Numbered from the stretch's first letter, positions 36,408 through 47,269 are shown. The stretch: 64,000 bases of DNA from a virus (IMGVR_UViG_3300049856_000084:915-64914), one strand, 5' to 3'. A program made the numbers and translations. The notes: a model not told the origin generated them from the letters alone.

Positions 36408-39400
36408 TCATCCGGCGTAGTGCCACCAATGGCCAGTAGATGCGGAGAATCTGACTTCGTACTGTTTCCCACACGTGCAAGTGTATGGGAAGTATGAGCC
36501 AGTACCAATGGTGCAACGCCATGTCCAAGCATCCGGCACGGTGCAGACGTGCTCCAATGGTGGGGCTGGTTGTGGTTGTTTCCAAAATGCCAACTTATCC
36601 CATAGCAGGCTACAATCTCTATTGTCACCACCATGCATCGCCAATAGGGTACGCAGAAACCGCGCTTCTTCCGGCGTTAGTTCGATGTTCATGACAGTAT
36701 CACCGCCTTCACATTATCCAAGTCAAATTGATATTCCCCGCTTCCTTTGCACTTCGGGCAGGTGATTTGTATCAGGTGCATGTACTTATCCCAGTCTTCC
36801 GGCGTTGGGATCCAGTTCGGGTTGACTCGGTGAATCGTGCCGGTACCGCTGCAATTATCACACTTCATTCTCTCCACCTTCTCCCAACCCATAGGCACAG
36901 TACAGCTAGCCCGACGCTCAGAGCCTTCAGGAGGTACACTTCCGTCGCAGTGAGACACATCATAGGCCCACCTTGCATTCCCGCAACTCAGCCGTAAATG
37001 GTTCCACATTCTCCCACAGGCTTAGACTGGATTTGATTTGACCTAAGTATTCGGATTCCAACACAACACTACGCTCCCACGGCTGGAGGCTGTCACGGTG
37101 GCGGGCGTGCTTGCAATCAGAACACCGGCAGGGCTTGTAGGTGGCAGCGCCGTACTGGTTGCGGTTTCGCATCTGGTCGGTTAGTTCAGCCCACTTGGCT
37201 AGATTCTTTCTCATTCGATGATCGTCTCCACTCCGCCCACGAGTTGAGCAATGCGGATTTTTAGCAGCTTGCCTTCTGGGATCGCTATCGTTTGCAGGCA
37301 CACACCTACTGCATTTGGCTTATTGGCGACCCTGGCAGCGATTTCCAGCGGTTCCTTGGCTGTTTCAGGCTGGTATGTGATGGTTACAAAGTACTCGTCG
37401 GTTGTTCCACCCTTTACCAGAATCAGAACGCCACCCGGCCATGGTGCCCAAACAAATACGATGGGTGATTCACTGAGCATTTTTTATCACCACGGATATA
37501 GTTAGCAGCGCAGCGGTTGCCAGTAGTGGGGCGATCAGGTTCCGCCAGACGGTGTTAACGTGCTTCATATTCATTTGTTCCTCGTGTAGGTTGACGGCGT
37601 GACTTCGATTCTGTTGGCAGCTACGGCGGCGGCGATTAGCAGCACAACCACTAGGCCCCAGATTGCGAAAACTATGCGTACTAGCGTTTTATCGGTTTTC
37701 ATAGTGTTGGTCTCACTGTCTCGTAGCAGCCGGATTCGTGGATCAGGAACAGGCCACGGTCGTTACCGGCGAATAGATGGCCGTCGATTACCTGTAAAAA
37801 CGTGATGTTGCCACCGGGGAGAACGCATAGACATTCCATTGGCCTGTCCCATGGCTGCAATTCGTGGAAGTTCATGGCTTCTTCGGCCCTCCGGCTATGA
37901 TGTAGGGCATTTGTGCTTCCTCCAACTATCACACATCAATTCAAACTGTTTGATTATGGCCCTTGTATTCTCGCGAATCGATTCTTCGCTATCACCGTTT
38001 ATGGCAATGCATATGGCGTGAGATATCCATTCTGGCGGAAAGGCTACAAACATTTTAGTCCCAACCGCTTGAGTTAATATAACTTTGTTTCCTCTGATTT
38101 CCGTATTTCTGAAGATGCCAAAAGATGCACCGTTAACCCATTCTTCGAGCAACGGCATTGCTATTTCACAGGCTGAGGGCATTTGTGCTTCCTCCACGTC
38201 AAATCTGATGGTCTGACCATGGCACCACAGTCTGGGCATGGTACGGTGCTCTTGGGGCGTCCACCGCCCTTGGTTTTGCGCATGGCTGCGAGTGCAGCGC
38301 CTGGCTTAGGGCATTTTGGCATTGCCGGACTCCTTCAGTTTCATGCATTCCTGGCAGTCACGGTTAAGCAAGAGTAGCGGTTTGCCTCCGTGCTCCCTGA
38401 CCATGTTCGGGAAGCAGCGTCTTTCTTCGCAACTAGGGCAATCGAGAACCACTTGCTCATAATTTATCATCGAAATCGTTTGTGCCGATTTAACTGAGTA
38501 GCGAACCCACGTTTTACCAGTTTTAGGGTTTATAGAATCGCTAATTGTGATAGTTTCGCAGGTTTTGTCAATGGGGAGATTGATGAGCGCCTCTTCCAGT
38601 TGGGCGAGCGACACCGTGATGCTATTTGGCATTGTAAACTCCGTTAAAAGCGCTCATGTGAAGCACTTGCATACGAATTGCAAAGATTTGGCAATTCAGG
38701 GTTATGGCAGACTGGATTAACGCCAATTTAGCGGCGGCTTGCGCTTCCCTGTGGGCCATCTCGACCGCCTGGGCCTGCATTTCTTCAAGGCTTGGCATTC
38801 TGTTTCTCCAGCATGGCGTTGAATCGGTCCACGTCGGCTTGGTCCTGCAGGGTGATGGATCGTCGCGTTGGGGCAGTGAACTTATGCGGTCTGAATTCTG
38901 TCCCATCGCTGGCAATGAATTGCTGGTGACGGTCATGAACCACGACAGTACTTCCGATTACGATTGGCGTATGGTAATGTTCAACCGTGCCTGTAAACTT
39001 GCCTGATCTGAACCGCGCCTCAAAGTCCGCCTGTTCCTTCAGATCACGCTTCTTGTCTGCGATTGCTTGAATAATGGCGTCTTGCAATTTGCGATTTCTG
39101 GGCAAGATGGCGAGCGCTTGGTCAACGAAGTGATCCGGTTGCGTTGCCAGCATGCCTACCAGCGTGTGCATGAAATCGTAGAACTTGAAATGAAGCGTTC
39201 TGATGTGGGTTTCGCGCTTCGCTGCCAGCTTCTTGTAGTAGCCGGGTGGCTTACGCTTCGTCTGTTTCATGTTCCACTTCCTCCGATTCAGCTTCGATAT
39301 CCTCGCCACGGTGCATTACTTCACCTCGTTCAATAATCGGTGCTGTTCTTCAATCGACTTCAGAAGCAACTCCTGCTGGTCTATGTGTCGTTCCATGTCC

Positions 39401-39881
39401 CAGATGGCCTTGCCCCAGTAGCATAGTGCTATGAAGAAGAGGCTTATCACAAACTTGCCGTTTTCGTCCTCGGTCCAACAAATTTTCCAGTTATACCCAT
39501 CCCCAACGGGTTCGTGGAACTTGCGCATATGCTGGGTTAGTTTAGATTCCGCTTCGTCCCTGACTCGCCATTGGATGATGTTCAAGCCCAACATGATAGG
39601 GAATAGCACAATGTGGATTCTTCCAAACGTTTTCCAGTTCATTTCGGCAACTCCGGCTTGGGGTAGATCCCTGGGAACACTTCGGGATGCGATTCCTTCG
39701 TAGTGTAGGCGACATCGCTTATTGGAATCTCGATTCTGTCGATTCTTGCGATGTTCTCTACATCAGTTTCGCCACTACCGTCTGAGTACTTATGGATGAA
39801 CCGCACTGGCTTGGATTCATCAGTAGAGATTGCACGCCGTATCAGTGCATCTAGTTCGGCGAGTGTGATTACAATGTTCAT
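36408..39881 (-). other. Leftward cluster of short hypothetical ORFs (e.g. 36408-36692, 36689-36868, 37211-37480, 38306-38632, 38785-39270, 39316-39642, 39639-39881)
   Basis: Head-to-tail packing; several CxxC motifs and TM segments. Confidence 0.55.
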
Positions 39882-40213
39882 TTCGGCAACTCCGGCAGCT
39901 CGCGCCAGTGGGTGGGCTTAATCATAAACGTCGATACGCCAGCCCGAAGACGCATAACCCACACTTCCTGCCCAAATTCGAGGATGTCGTGGAAGATTTG
40001 AGCCTGATACAAGCCATCGGTACCCCAGATCGCACGATCCTTGGGCGCTGTGGCGATGGGCTGCCAGCTAAGATGTGGGTTTCTCGCTACGGATTCGTCA
40101 TACATTTGCTGCATCGATTCCAAGTACTCCATGCTGTCATTAGCCAATATCGAGCTGAGTGAAATCCGCGATAAAGCTACTGCAATTTCTTGCTTTGATA
40201 ACTTCTCGCTCAT
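39878..40213 (-). CDS. DUF551-like phage protein
   Basis: WQPIATAPKD...PTHW..LPE.P. Confidence 0.75.
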   Translation of the reverse strand: MSEKLSKQEIAVALSRISLSSILANDSMEYLESMQQMYDESVARNPHLSWQPIATAPKDRAIWGTDGLYQAQIFHDILEFGQEVWVMRLRAGVSTFMIKPTHWRELPELPK

Positions 40214-40379
40214 TTGATTTGTGCCACCTTCCAGATCAAGTACAAAAGCACAAACAGAAGCGCAGTTCCGGCGATTAAATCAAACGCTTCTGATCGAAGC
40301 ACGTGGCGGAGTAGTTCCATATCTCACTCTACAACATCCACGCTGTACTTTTCAAGAGAAATCGGTTAGAGTAGGGGGC

Positions 40380-40934
40380 ATGGACACTAAAACATGGGTT
40401 CTGATTGAGGTTGGAGAACTAGAGAAGCTGAAAGCAGAGAATCGTCAAATGAATAGGGCGTTGCGTACTCTTGATCCAACAGAAGAGGAACGAAGGCTCG
40501 GTATCGCTCTAGATGGCAAGGCGCAGGATGCCAACGAGACGGCAGAGTCACCTGAGTGCCCAGAATGCGAGAAGCGCAACAGCGGTGTACCGTTTAGCGG
40601 TAGTCACCTCGCATTCAGCCAAATGTGTTCCAAGTGCCAATCGGCATTACTGGCAGAGAAAAAAGGGATAGCGATGGCCTCAGCCTACAAAGCCTGCGGC
40701 GAAGAGTTGAGGCCACATCGGGAACGGCAAGCAAACGCAGACGCCGAAGCAACTGCGAAGTTGGTAGCCACCCAAGCAGCACGCGAGAAAGCCTACCACC
40801 GCGTGGAGCTTGCCGCGCAGTTCATGGCGGCGTTGCTAACTCGGTCTCAATATTTGCCACAATCAGACTACTGGGCAAAAGATGCATTCCAAGCGGCTAA
40901 CGCATTCCTGGCAGAGGCGGAGAAACACCAATGA
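40380..40934 (+). CDS. Hypothetical protein
   Basis: TAGAGT -10-like box just before ATG; CPEC/CSKC; R.ELAAQFMAALL...AF..A.AFLAE motif. Confidence 0.6.
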   Translation: MDTKTWVLIEVGELEKLKAENRQMNRALRTLDPTEEERRLGIALDGKAQDANETAESPECPECEKRNSGVPFSGSHLAFSQMCSKCQSALLAEKKGIAMASAYKACGEELRPHRERQANADAEATAKLVATQAAREKAYHRVELAAQFMAALLTRSQYLPQSDYWAKDAFQAANAFLAEAEKHQ

Positions 40935-41182
40935 ACGAAGCGCTTGCTGATCGAGTGGCTCGTGAAATGGCAGAACAGCAATATTACAAGAGTCACGGCT
41001 TTCTGCTCTTCGGCGCGGACAATCGCCCAGCGCCCATTGCCGGGAGATCATTGTACCAAGATCAAGGCTTAGGCCTGCGTTTCGTGCGAGAAGCTACTGA
41101 ACTTGATGAGTTGACAGGAATCGTAATGAAAGGCAACACTACCGACGCATCGACTACCTACAAAATCGAGTTTACCAAATGA
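40931..41182 (+). CDS. Hypothetical protein
   Basis: GGAG RBS, ATGA overlap. Confidence 0.5.
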   Translation: MNEALADRVAREMAEQQYYKSHGFLLFGADNRPAPIAGRSLYQDQGLGLRFVREATELDELTGIVMKGNTTDASTTYKIEFTK

Positions 41183-41511
41183 AAACACTGCTTTTATCAG
41201 CGCTGCTGTGCCTCCCGGCACTTGCACAGATGGAGATTGTTCTAACTCCGGTGCCAAGTTGGGCGACGCCGTTTCCATCAGTTGAGCCTACTTCCACGCG
41301 GATTCTCACGATTAGCGGCGGCAAGGGCACGCATTACGACGTGACTACGGTTTATGGGATGGCTGGGGAGAAGGTTACACTGAAGATGCGCATCGAAAAC
41401 AGTGGTAAGTACTCCAGTGCCGTGCTATCTATCCCGCAAAAGGCAGAATTATGGTCTGTTTCGATGGAGGATATCACAGTTCACGAGAAGCGGGAGGCCA
41501 AAATTGAATAG
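41179..41511 (+). CDS. Secreted beta-rich protein
   Basis: MKTLLLSALLCLPALAQ Sec signal peptide. Confidence 0.65.
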   Translation: MKTLLLSALLCLPALAQMEIVLTPVPSWATPFPSVEPTSTRILTISGGKGTHYDVTTVYGMAGEKVTLKMRIENSGKYSSAVLSIPQKAELWSVSMEDITVHEKREAKIE

Positions 41512-41737
41512 GCGCACGTTCCTCAAGGCTATCGCGGTGGCTCCGATGGCGGCTCCCGCTATTCCCGTTATTGCTGGCAGCATTCCGGGCTGCAATCTTC
41601 GACCGGGCGACACATTTACCATGGCAAAGGTTTACGATCCATATCGGCGGCTGAAACGCTTTACGATTGTTGCCGCTTATGCTGTAAAGACGCCGGACGG
41701 AATTACCTTTCAACTAGAACCATGGACCGAATCATGA
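41504..41737 (+). CDS. Twin-arginine-signal protein resembling the coat-protein insertion domain
   Basis: GGAGG-N6-TTG; NRRTFLK; LRPGDTFTMAKV...LKRFTIV...FQLEP. Confidence 0.55.
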   Translation: MNRRTFLKAIAVAPMAAPAIPVIAGSIPGCNLRPGDTFTMAKVYDPYRRLKRFTIVAAYAVKTPDGITFQLEPWTES

Positions 41738-41988
41738 AGCCACTCAACGAAGCCATTGCCGACATGCTGGATGCCGTTATTGCGGACGCCACGATCATGC
41801 GAGATGCACTGCGAGCCGACAAGGTGGGCCTGATTAAGTATCCAGTGGCACGGAAGCGCCAATTCGCCACTATTGGGCACTTTTTCTCGAACCACCAAGG
41901 TTACGCGAAGGTGTGTCTGGATCATGGCGGCGAATGGAAGGCGTTCAACTTCTTCAAGCCGCGTTGACAGTTCGTGTATAATGCCGAT

Positions 41989-42498
41989 ATGGGCCAAGTA
42001 GTTTGCAAACCGCGACTTGAGGATAAAATGACCCTCAAGTTGAAGCTGAAGCCAATTCTTGAAGCGATGGCCGATCACGTGCAACTGAACGCTGATGGCG
42101 AATTTGTACCGTTTGACCCACTTTCCAAGATTATCGAGATTGCGAGTGGGAATATGGTTTGCGGCGTATGCCACGGCGACAAAGAGGCCAAATACGCGCT
42201 TACGGATGAAGATGGCAACCGGCTGAAGGACGAAGCAGGGAACATTAAAACGGCGTTTCGGCTTTGCCAGTCATGCTACGGCACTGGGAAGGAAGCGCTT
42301 TCACCCAAAATCGTGCTGGATGCCAATGAAATGCTGCTGGCTAAGATGTACCCTGATTTGAAGGCAATTGAGCATACTGGGGACGTTGGCAACGGGCTGG
42401 CAGAAGCGATTCTGGAGCGTCGGCGTCTGAGGGAAGCAATGCGAGAGCAGGAAGACAAAACGATAACCGTGCCTCCGGCGCATGAGCAAGTTCAATGA
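41989..42498 (+). CDS. terS: Terminase small subunit (with Zn-finger insert)
   Basis: DPL..I.EIA.G...LLAKMYPDLKAIEHTG pattern, upstream of terL; own TATAAT-N6-ATG promoter. Confidence 0.6.
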   Translation: MGQVVCKPRLEDKMTLKLKLKPILEAMADHVQLNADGEFVPFDPLSKIIEIASGNMVCGVCHGDKEAKYALTDEDGNRLKDEAGNIKTAFRLCQSCYGTGKEALSPKIVLDANEMLLAKMYPDLKAIEHTGDVGNGLAEAILERRRLREAMREQEDKTITVPPAHEQVQ

Positions 42499-42729
42499 GC
42501 ATCACCCACGATAAAAAGCTACATCGTATAGCTTGCAGACTGTGCCAGAACTGTGGGAAGGCGAAATGTGCCTGCTTGAAGCCTAAGCGCATGGGTTTAC
42601 CTGTTGGGATTACGCGGCGTGCAGATATCAGGACTGGTCCGTATTGCCACCGTGACTTAGTTTCGGTTAAGATTGGTTCGGGGCGATAAGCCCCTTGATA
42701 TCTCGCGTCGTGAGACGCCAGGAGGCCCA

Positions 42730-45342
42730 ATGGCCCGTTTTCTCGCCCTCTTGCTTTTGCTCGCCTGCCCGATTTTCCCTCAGATTTACACCGATTCACA
42801 GCTTCTCAGAGCTGTCAACAACTCCCAAGCACGGCTCAGCGCGGCAATTACCGCTGGCACAACCACGCTCACATTCCCAACGTCGACGACGTTCGTAGCC
42901 AATTCCGTAGTTACGATTGACAACGAGATTATCCTGCTTGGTACGAAAGCCACCACGACGGTCATTACCTTCACCGGGTGTACTCGTGGCTATGACAGTA
43001 CCACGGCGGCGGCGCATAATTCCAACTCGCTCGCACAGTCACGCATCGTAGCGGCGCACCACAACAATATGGTTGATGCGGTTGAAGCGATTGGGAGCAA
43101 CGTGGCTGGGATCTTGTCAGGTTCAAGCGCAAGGGCCAATACGTATTACCAGTGGATTCGTGCGGTAAGCACTTCGGTTACTCCGGCAGCAGCGCTGGGG
43201 CAAGTAGCGCCGGTAAACTTCACCACGCTACCAACGGGCGTTCTCACTGGACTTCATGCCTACCCCATGACCGTTACAGCCGTTGGCACCGGCGCAACGT
43301 ATCTTGGGCATATTTCGTTCCGGGTCACCGTGACGAATGCAGGCGGCGTGGCTGGTGCGATTCTCAACGATGATGACGTGATTATCCTTTCAGGCATCAC
43401 AGGCACCGGCGGGTGCAATACTGCGATTCTCAAAGACCAAAGCAACACCATGGGTGTGTGGCGCGTTCGCAACGTGGCTGGCTTCCCGTTTCAGTTCGAT
43501 CTCTATGGGAGTACCGCTGTTGGAAGCTGTAATGGGGTTGGAACAGCAACAAGAGCGACTCATTTCATTGATGTTTCTGGTGGTACTGGGCAATCCGAGG
43601 CTGCTCCAATCGTTGGCGGGTCTGGCATCACACCGCTGGTATACTTTGCAAATTCACATTCTGGCGTAACTACCTATTCCTCGGCGACTTCGGGAGTGCA
43701 GGAAGGCTATTACGCTGGGGCCGCAATCCTAAATATTCCAGTCGGTACTTACACGCAGGATGCAGAAACCACTATCGGTTACGATCAATTGCAAGGCGCG
43801 GCCAGCGGACTTAATATCGTCGGCCAACTTGCCCAAAGTTCGATATTCATCCGTGGGGCGCGTTTCATCGGTGCGAATGCTGACTCTGGAGTTAGCAACG
43901 TCGGCGGAATCATGTTCCGAGTTGAACATAATGCTCGATTTGTGTTCTCTCAGGCATCGATCTACAACTACGGGAATGGTGCAACGCCGTACAACCTAGG
44001 CACCCAAAGCGCTGCAATCAGCTTCCAAGCATTGTTTTCAAACGATTTCTGCCAAGTCAAGGATTCGTACTTCATCAATGAATACGTAGGTACGCTCATC
44101 AAGGGAGCGAATCAGATTTCGATACTCGACAACGTCTATTACGCCCAGCCTGGGTATGAACAGAACTCGTTGCATGGCTACGCATTTATCTGGCTCCCAA
44201 ATTCCCCATATTCGAGCAATGCCAAGATCGTTATTTCCGGGAATACTCTCAATGCAACTGATCTGAATGACCCCAGCGTTCAGTTCATGCAAAATTACGG
44301 GATCAGAATCGAACAAAGTGATGGCGTTCTGATATCAGGTAACGAGATCGCTGCCAAGCATGGGCTTGGGATGGTTGCGACTGGTACCAACAATCTGAAC
44401 TACGTCACGGTTCAGGGGAATACGTTCGACCAGAGTCAAGACAGCGCTATTTTTATCGTCGCGAATGTTGCAGGGGTGACGGCATTCGGGAATATAGACA
44501 TTTCAGGAAATCTGATCCAAACCAGCCGCACTACCGGCAACGCCCTGATATTCATAACCGGGCCTTACATAAGCTCTCCAGGCATCAAGATCCACCACAA
44601 CATCATGACTTCGAGTTACGCGGAGTTGGTGGACATTTACGACGCCAAAAACCTGTTTTTTGACGATAACCGGCTGGCTCGTGTTAACTTCAGCTTGAGC
44701 GCGGGAGTGGATGCGATAACGATAAACACGACGGCTACCAACAGTAGCTTTTCGCGAAACAATATCACATGCTCTAACGATGAGGGCGGATATGCTGGGA
44801 CGGCTGGAATTCACCTTAATACAGGAACAAGCGCCTCCCGATTGACTATTAACGGGAATCAGATTAGGAATTGCGGTTCAGGGATTTGGCAGGAGTTCGC
44901 TTGTACTGGGTGTGTTATAGCAAACAACACACTGACAGACCACTCTACCTATGGGCTTAGAAGTGACGCTGACCTGCCCAATGGCTCGATTAGTGGCAAC
45001 ACGTTCTACAACAACACCACGGCTTCTATGGGGCTGCTGGGGACGTATACGACACTAACGCTGGGGCCGAATAGCTACCAAGAATCGGCAAACACTACGA
45101 TTGCCAGTGCCGCGACGATCACACTGCCGACTACTGGCACACCTGGTTGCATCCTAATTTCAGGCGTGACGAATATCGCCACTATCAACACAGGCTGGTC
45201 GAATCGGCAGGTGTGTTTCAAAATGGCCGGCATTCTCACTTTCACAGGTGGCAACATCGGGCAGGCATTTGGACCGACGACGGCAAACCAAGTGGTGTAT
45301 GCCTACTATGATGCGGCGGCTGTGAAGTGGTGGCTGAAATAA
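42730..45342 (+). CDS. Signal-peptide, parallel beta-helix (tailspike/depolymerase-like) protein
   Basis: GGAGG RBS; MARFLALLLLLACPIFPQ; many ISGN/I.NN beta-helix rungs; N- and C-modules shared with 51959. Confidence 0.8.
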   Translation: MARFLALLLLLACPIFPQIYTDSQLLRAVNNSQARLSAAITAGTTTLTFPTSTTFVANSVVTIDNEIILLGTKATTTVITFTGCTRGYDSTTAAAHNSNSLAQSRIVAAHHNNMVDAVEAIGSNVAGILSGSSARANTYYQWIRAVSTSVTPAAALGQVAPVNFTTLPTGVLTGLHAYPMTVTAVGTGATYLGHISFRVTVTNAGGVAGAILNDDDVIILSGITGTGGCNTAILKDQSNTMGVWRVRNVAGFPFQFDLYGSTAVGSCNGVGTATRATHFIDVSGGTGQSEAAPIVGGSGITPLVYFANSHSGVTTYSSATSGVQEGYYAGAAILNIPVGTYTQDAETTIGYDQLQGAASGLNIVGQLAQSSIFIRGARFIGANADSGVSNVGGIMFRVEHNARFVFSQASIYNYGNGATPYNLGTQSAAISFQALFSNDFCQVKDSYFINEYVGTLIKGANQISILDNVYYAQPGYEQNSLHGYAFIWLPNSPYSSNAKIVISGNTLNATDLNDPSVQFMQNYGIRIEQSDGVLISGNEIAAKHGLGMVATGTNNLNYVTVQGNTFDQSQDSAIFIVANVAGVTAFGNIDISGNLIQTSRTTGNALIFITGPYISSPGIKIHHNIMTSSYAELVDIYDAKNLFFDDNRLARVNFSLSAGVDAITINTTATNSSFSRNNITCSNDEGGYAGTAGIHLNTGTSASRLTINGNQIRNCGSGIWQEFACTGCVIANNTLTDHSTYGLRSDADLPNGSISGNTFYNNTTASMGLLGTYTTLTLGPNSYQESANTTIASAATITLPTTGTPGCILISGVTNIATINTGWSNRQVCFKMAGILTFTGGNIGQAFGPTTANQVVYAYYDAAAVKWWLK

Positions 45343-45352
45343 TGGGTTCTAC

Positions 45353-46846
45353 ATGGTAGCAAGCGACGCAGATACCGAACTATTGTCGATGATCGATGCG
45401 CATTACTATGCTGATCCGCTTGGATTTGTTTTAGATTGCTTCCCTTGGGGTGAAGGCTCACTTCATGGGATGAAAGGTCCAGACCCCAACCAACGCTCTT
45501 TTTTGGAAGATCTTGGGCGAGAGGTCAAAGCGCGCAAATTTGACGGGATCATGCCGGTTCTGCCAATTCGCATGGCGATCTCTTCAGGCCACGGTACTGG
45601 GAAGTCGGCCATGTACGGGTGGCTGGCGTGGTGGATACTTTCAACGCGGCCGTACTCGAAAGGCACAGTCACAGCGGGCACTTACGTTCAGTTGGAATCT
45701 CGCACTTGGGCGGCAATTCAGTATTGGGGGAAGATGTGTTCGACCTCGCATCTTTTTGATATTTTGCAAAGTGGTATCTACTCGAAAACAGACCCCGAAA
45801 ACTGGAAACTCGAAGCTCAGTCTTGTAAACCAGAAAACGCTCAATCGTTCGCCGGACAGCATGCAAGAAATTCTAGTTCGTTTTATATTTTCGATGAGGC
45901 ATCGGAAGTTCATGACAAAGTTTGGGAAACGGTTGACCCTGGTGGGTTGACAGACGGAGAGCCAATATTCATTGTCGGTGGTCAGATGGTGCGGAATACC
46001 GGCACATTCTACGAGTCATGCTTTGGGAAGAACAAAGAGCGTTGGAATGTCAGGCGTTGGGATGGCAGGTCATCAGACTTCACCAATAAGGCACTGATTG
46101 AAGAAGTTCGGCGGGATTGGGGCGAAGATTCCGATATGTGGCGAGTCCGCATCTTGGGGTTGCCACCAGCCGCGTCAGAACTGCAATACATTGACCGTAA
46201 TCGAGTGAATGATGCACGCAAGCGGCCTGCGCCACTTCCAAACCTTCAAGACCCACTTATTGCGGGGTTTGACGTGTCAGGCGGCGGCAAGGCGTGGAAC
46301 GTGATCCGGTTCAGGCGTGGCTACGACATGCGTAGCAAACCTGCAATCCGCATTCCTGGGGAAAAAGATCCAGATCGGTCGATGCGCATTGGCCTTTGTG
46401 CGGAATTACTACGAGATCAACGCCAAGAACATAAATTGTCAGCAATGTTTGTGGATACGGCCTTCGGGGCTCCAATTGTGCAAACGCTTAGGGGCATGGG
46501 GTTCACGAATGTCTGGGAAGTGGCGTTTGGGGCCGAGACACATGATCCAAATTGCGCCAATCTTCGAGCTTACATGTACATGAGCCTGAAAGACTGGCTT
46601 TTGCGCGGGGCAATCCCGGATGAAGATGACCTTGCAGACCAATTATGCCGTCCTGGATTTCATATCCGAGTGCAAGGATCGAAATTAGTGATAGAGTCAA
46701 AGGCGGACATGCAGAAACGCGGAGAAAGCTCGCCTGATGACGGTGACGCCTGTGCGTTGACATTTGCAAGGCCAGTGGCAATTGCGAGGAAACCGCCACC
46801 GCCACAATATGTAACGCCTCCAAGGCTTACAATGGGGTGGAGTTGA
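45353..46846 (+). CDS. terL: Terminase large subunit
   Basis: Walker A SSGHGTGKS, Walker B YIFDEAS, nuclease GFDVS and SPDDGDA.ALTFA. Confidence 0.95.
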   Translation: MVASDADTELLSMIDAHYYADPLGFVLDCFPWGEGSLHGMKGPDPNQRSFLEDLGREVKARKFDGIMPVLPIRMAISSGHGTGKSAMYGWLAWWILSTRPYSKGTVTAGTYVQLESRTWAAIQYWGKMCSTSHLFDILQSGIYSKTDPENWKLEAQSCKPENAQSFAGQHARNSSSFYIFDEASEVHDKVWETVDPGGLTDGEPIFIVGGQMVRNTGTFYESCFGKNKERWNVRRWDGRSSDFTNKALIEEVRRDWGEDSDMWRVRILGLPPAASELQYIDRNRVNDARKRPAPLPNLQDPLIAGFDVSGGGKAWNVIRFRRGYDMRSKPAIRIPGEKDPDRSMRIGLCAELLRDQRQEHKLSAMFVDTAFGAPIVQTLRGMGFTNVWEVAFGAETHDPNCANLRAYMYMSLKDWLLRGAIPDEDDLADQLCRPGFHIRVQGSKLVIESKADMQKRGESSPDDGDACALTFARPVAIARKPPPPQYVTPPRLTMGWS

Positions 46847-46850
46847 AAAT

Positions 46851-47102
46851 ATGAATCGTAGACTATTTACTAAGCTTCTATTCGGGGCGGCATCTATGGC
46901 GACTGCTCTCCCTAAGTTTGTTGCCAATCTTTCGCTGTTTAATCACAGTGATGAGGGTACTTATTCTTTTGATAAATGGTATGTAGAACAATGCTTGAAA
47001 AGCTTCCGGACTCACATTCGCTATAAACCATTTGACGATGGGACGCACATGAGAATCGGGGACACTATTCGTGTACCTCGGCCAATGAGGTTTAATGGAT
47101 GA
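46851..47102 (+). CDS. Twin-arginine-signal protein ending in a coat-protein-like motif
   Basis: MNRRLFTKLLFGAA; IGDTIRVPRPMRF versus coat VGPTVRVKYPQRF. Confidence 0.55.
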   Translation: MNRRLFTKLLFGAASMATALPKFVANLSLFNHSDEGTYSFDKWYVEQCLKSFRTHIRYKPFDDGTHMRIGDTIRVPRPMRFNG

Positions 47103-47269
47103 ACGAATTCAAGGATCGCGTTATTCGCTTGACTTGCCGCAAATGTACCCGGGTGGGAACATTCAAGGGCACTTCGGAAAAGGAAGCAGCCAAAGAGGCT
47201 GAGGCTAAGGGTTGGGTTATGGAGCAGGGGATAGTTTTTGTATGTCCCAAGTGTCCAGCGCGTAGATGA
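47099..47269 (+). CDS. 56-aa Zn-ribbon protein (not in ORF track)
   Basis: LTCRKC...AEAKGW......VCPKC; ATGA overlap. Confidence 0.6.
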   Translation: MNEFKDRVIRLTCRKCTRVGTFKGTSEKEAAKEAEAKGWVMEQGIVFVCPKCPARR

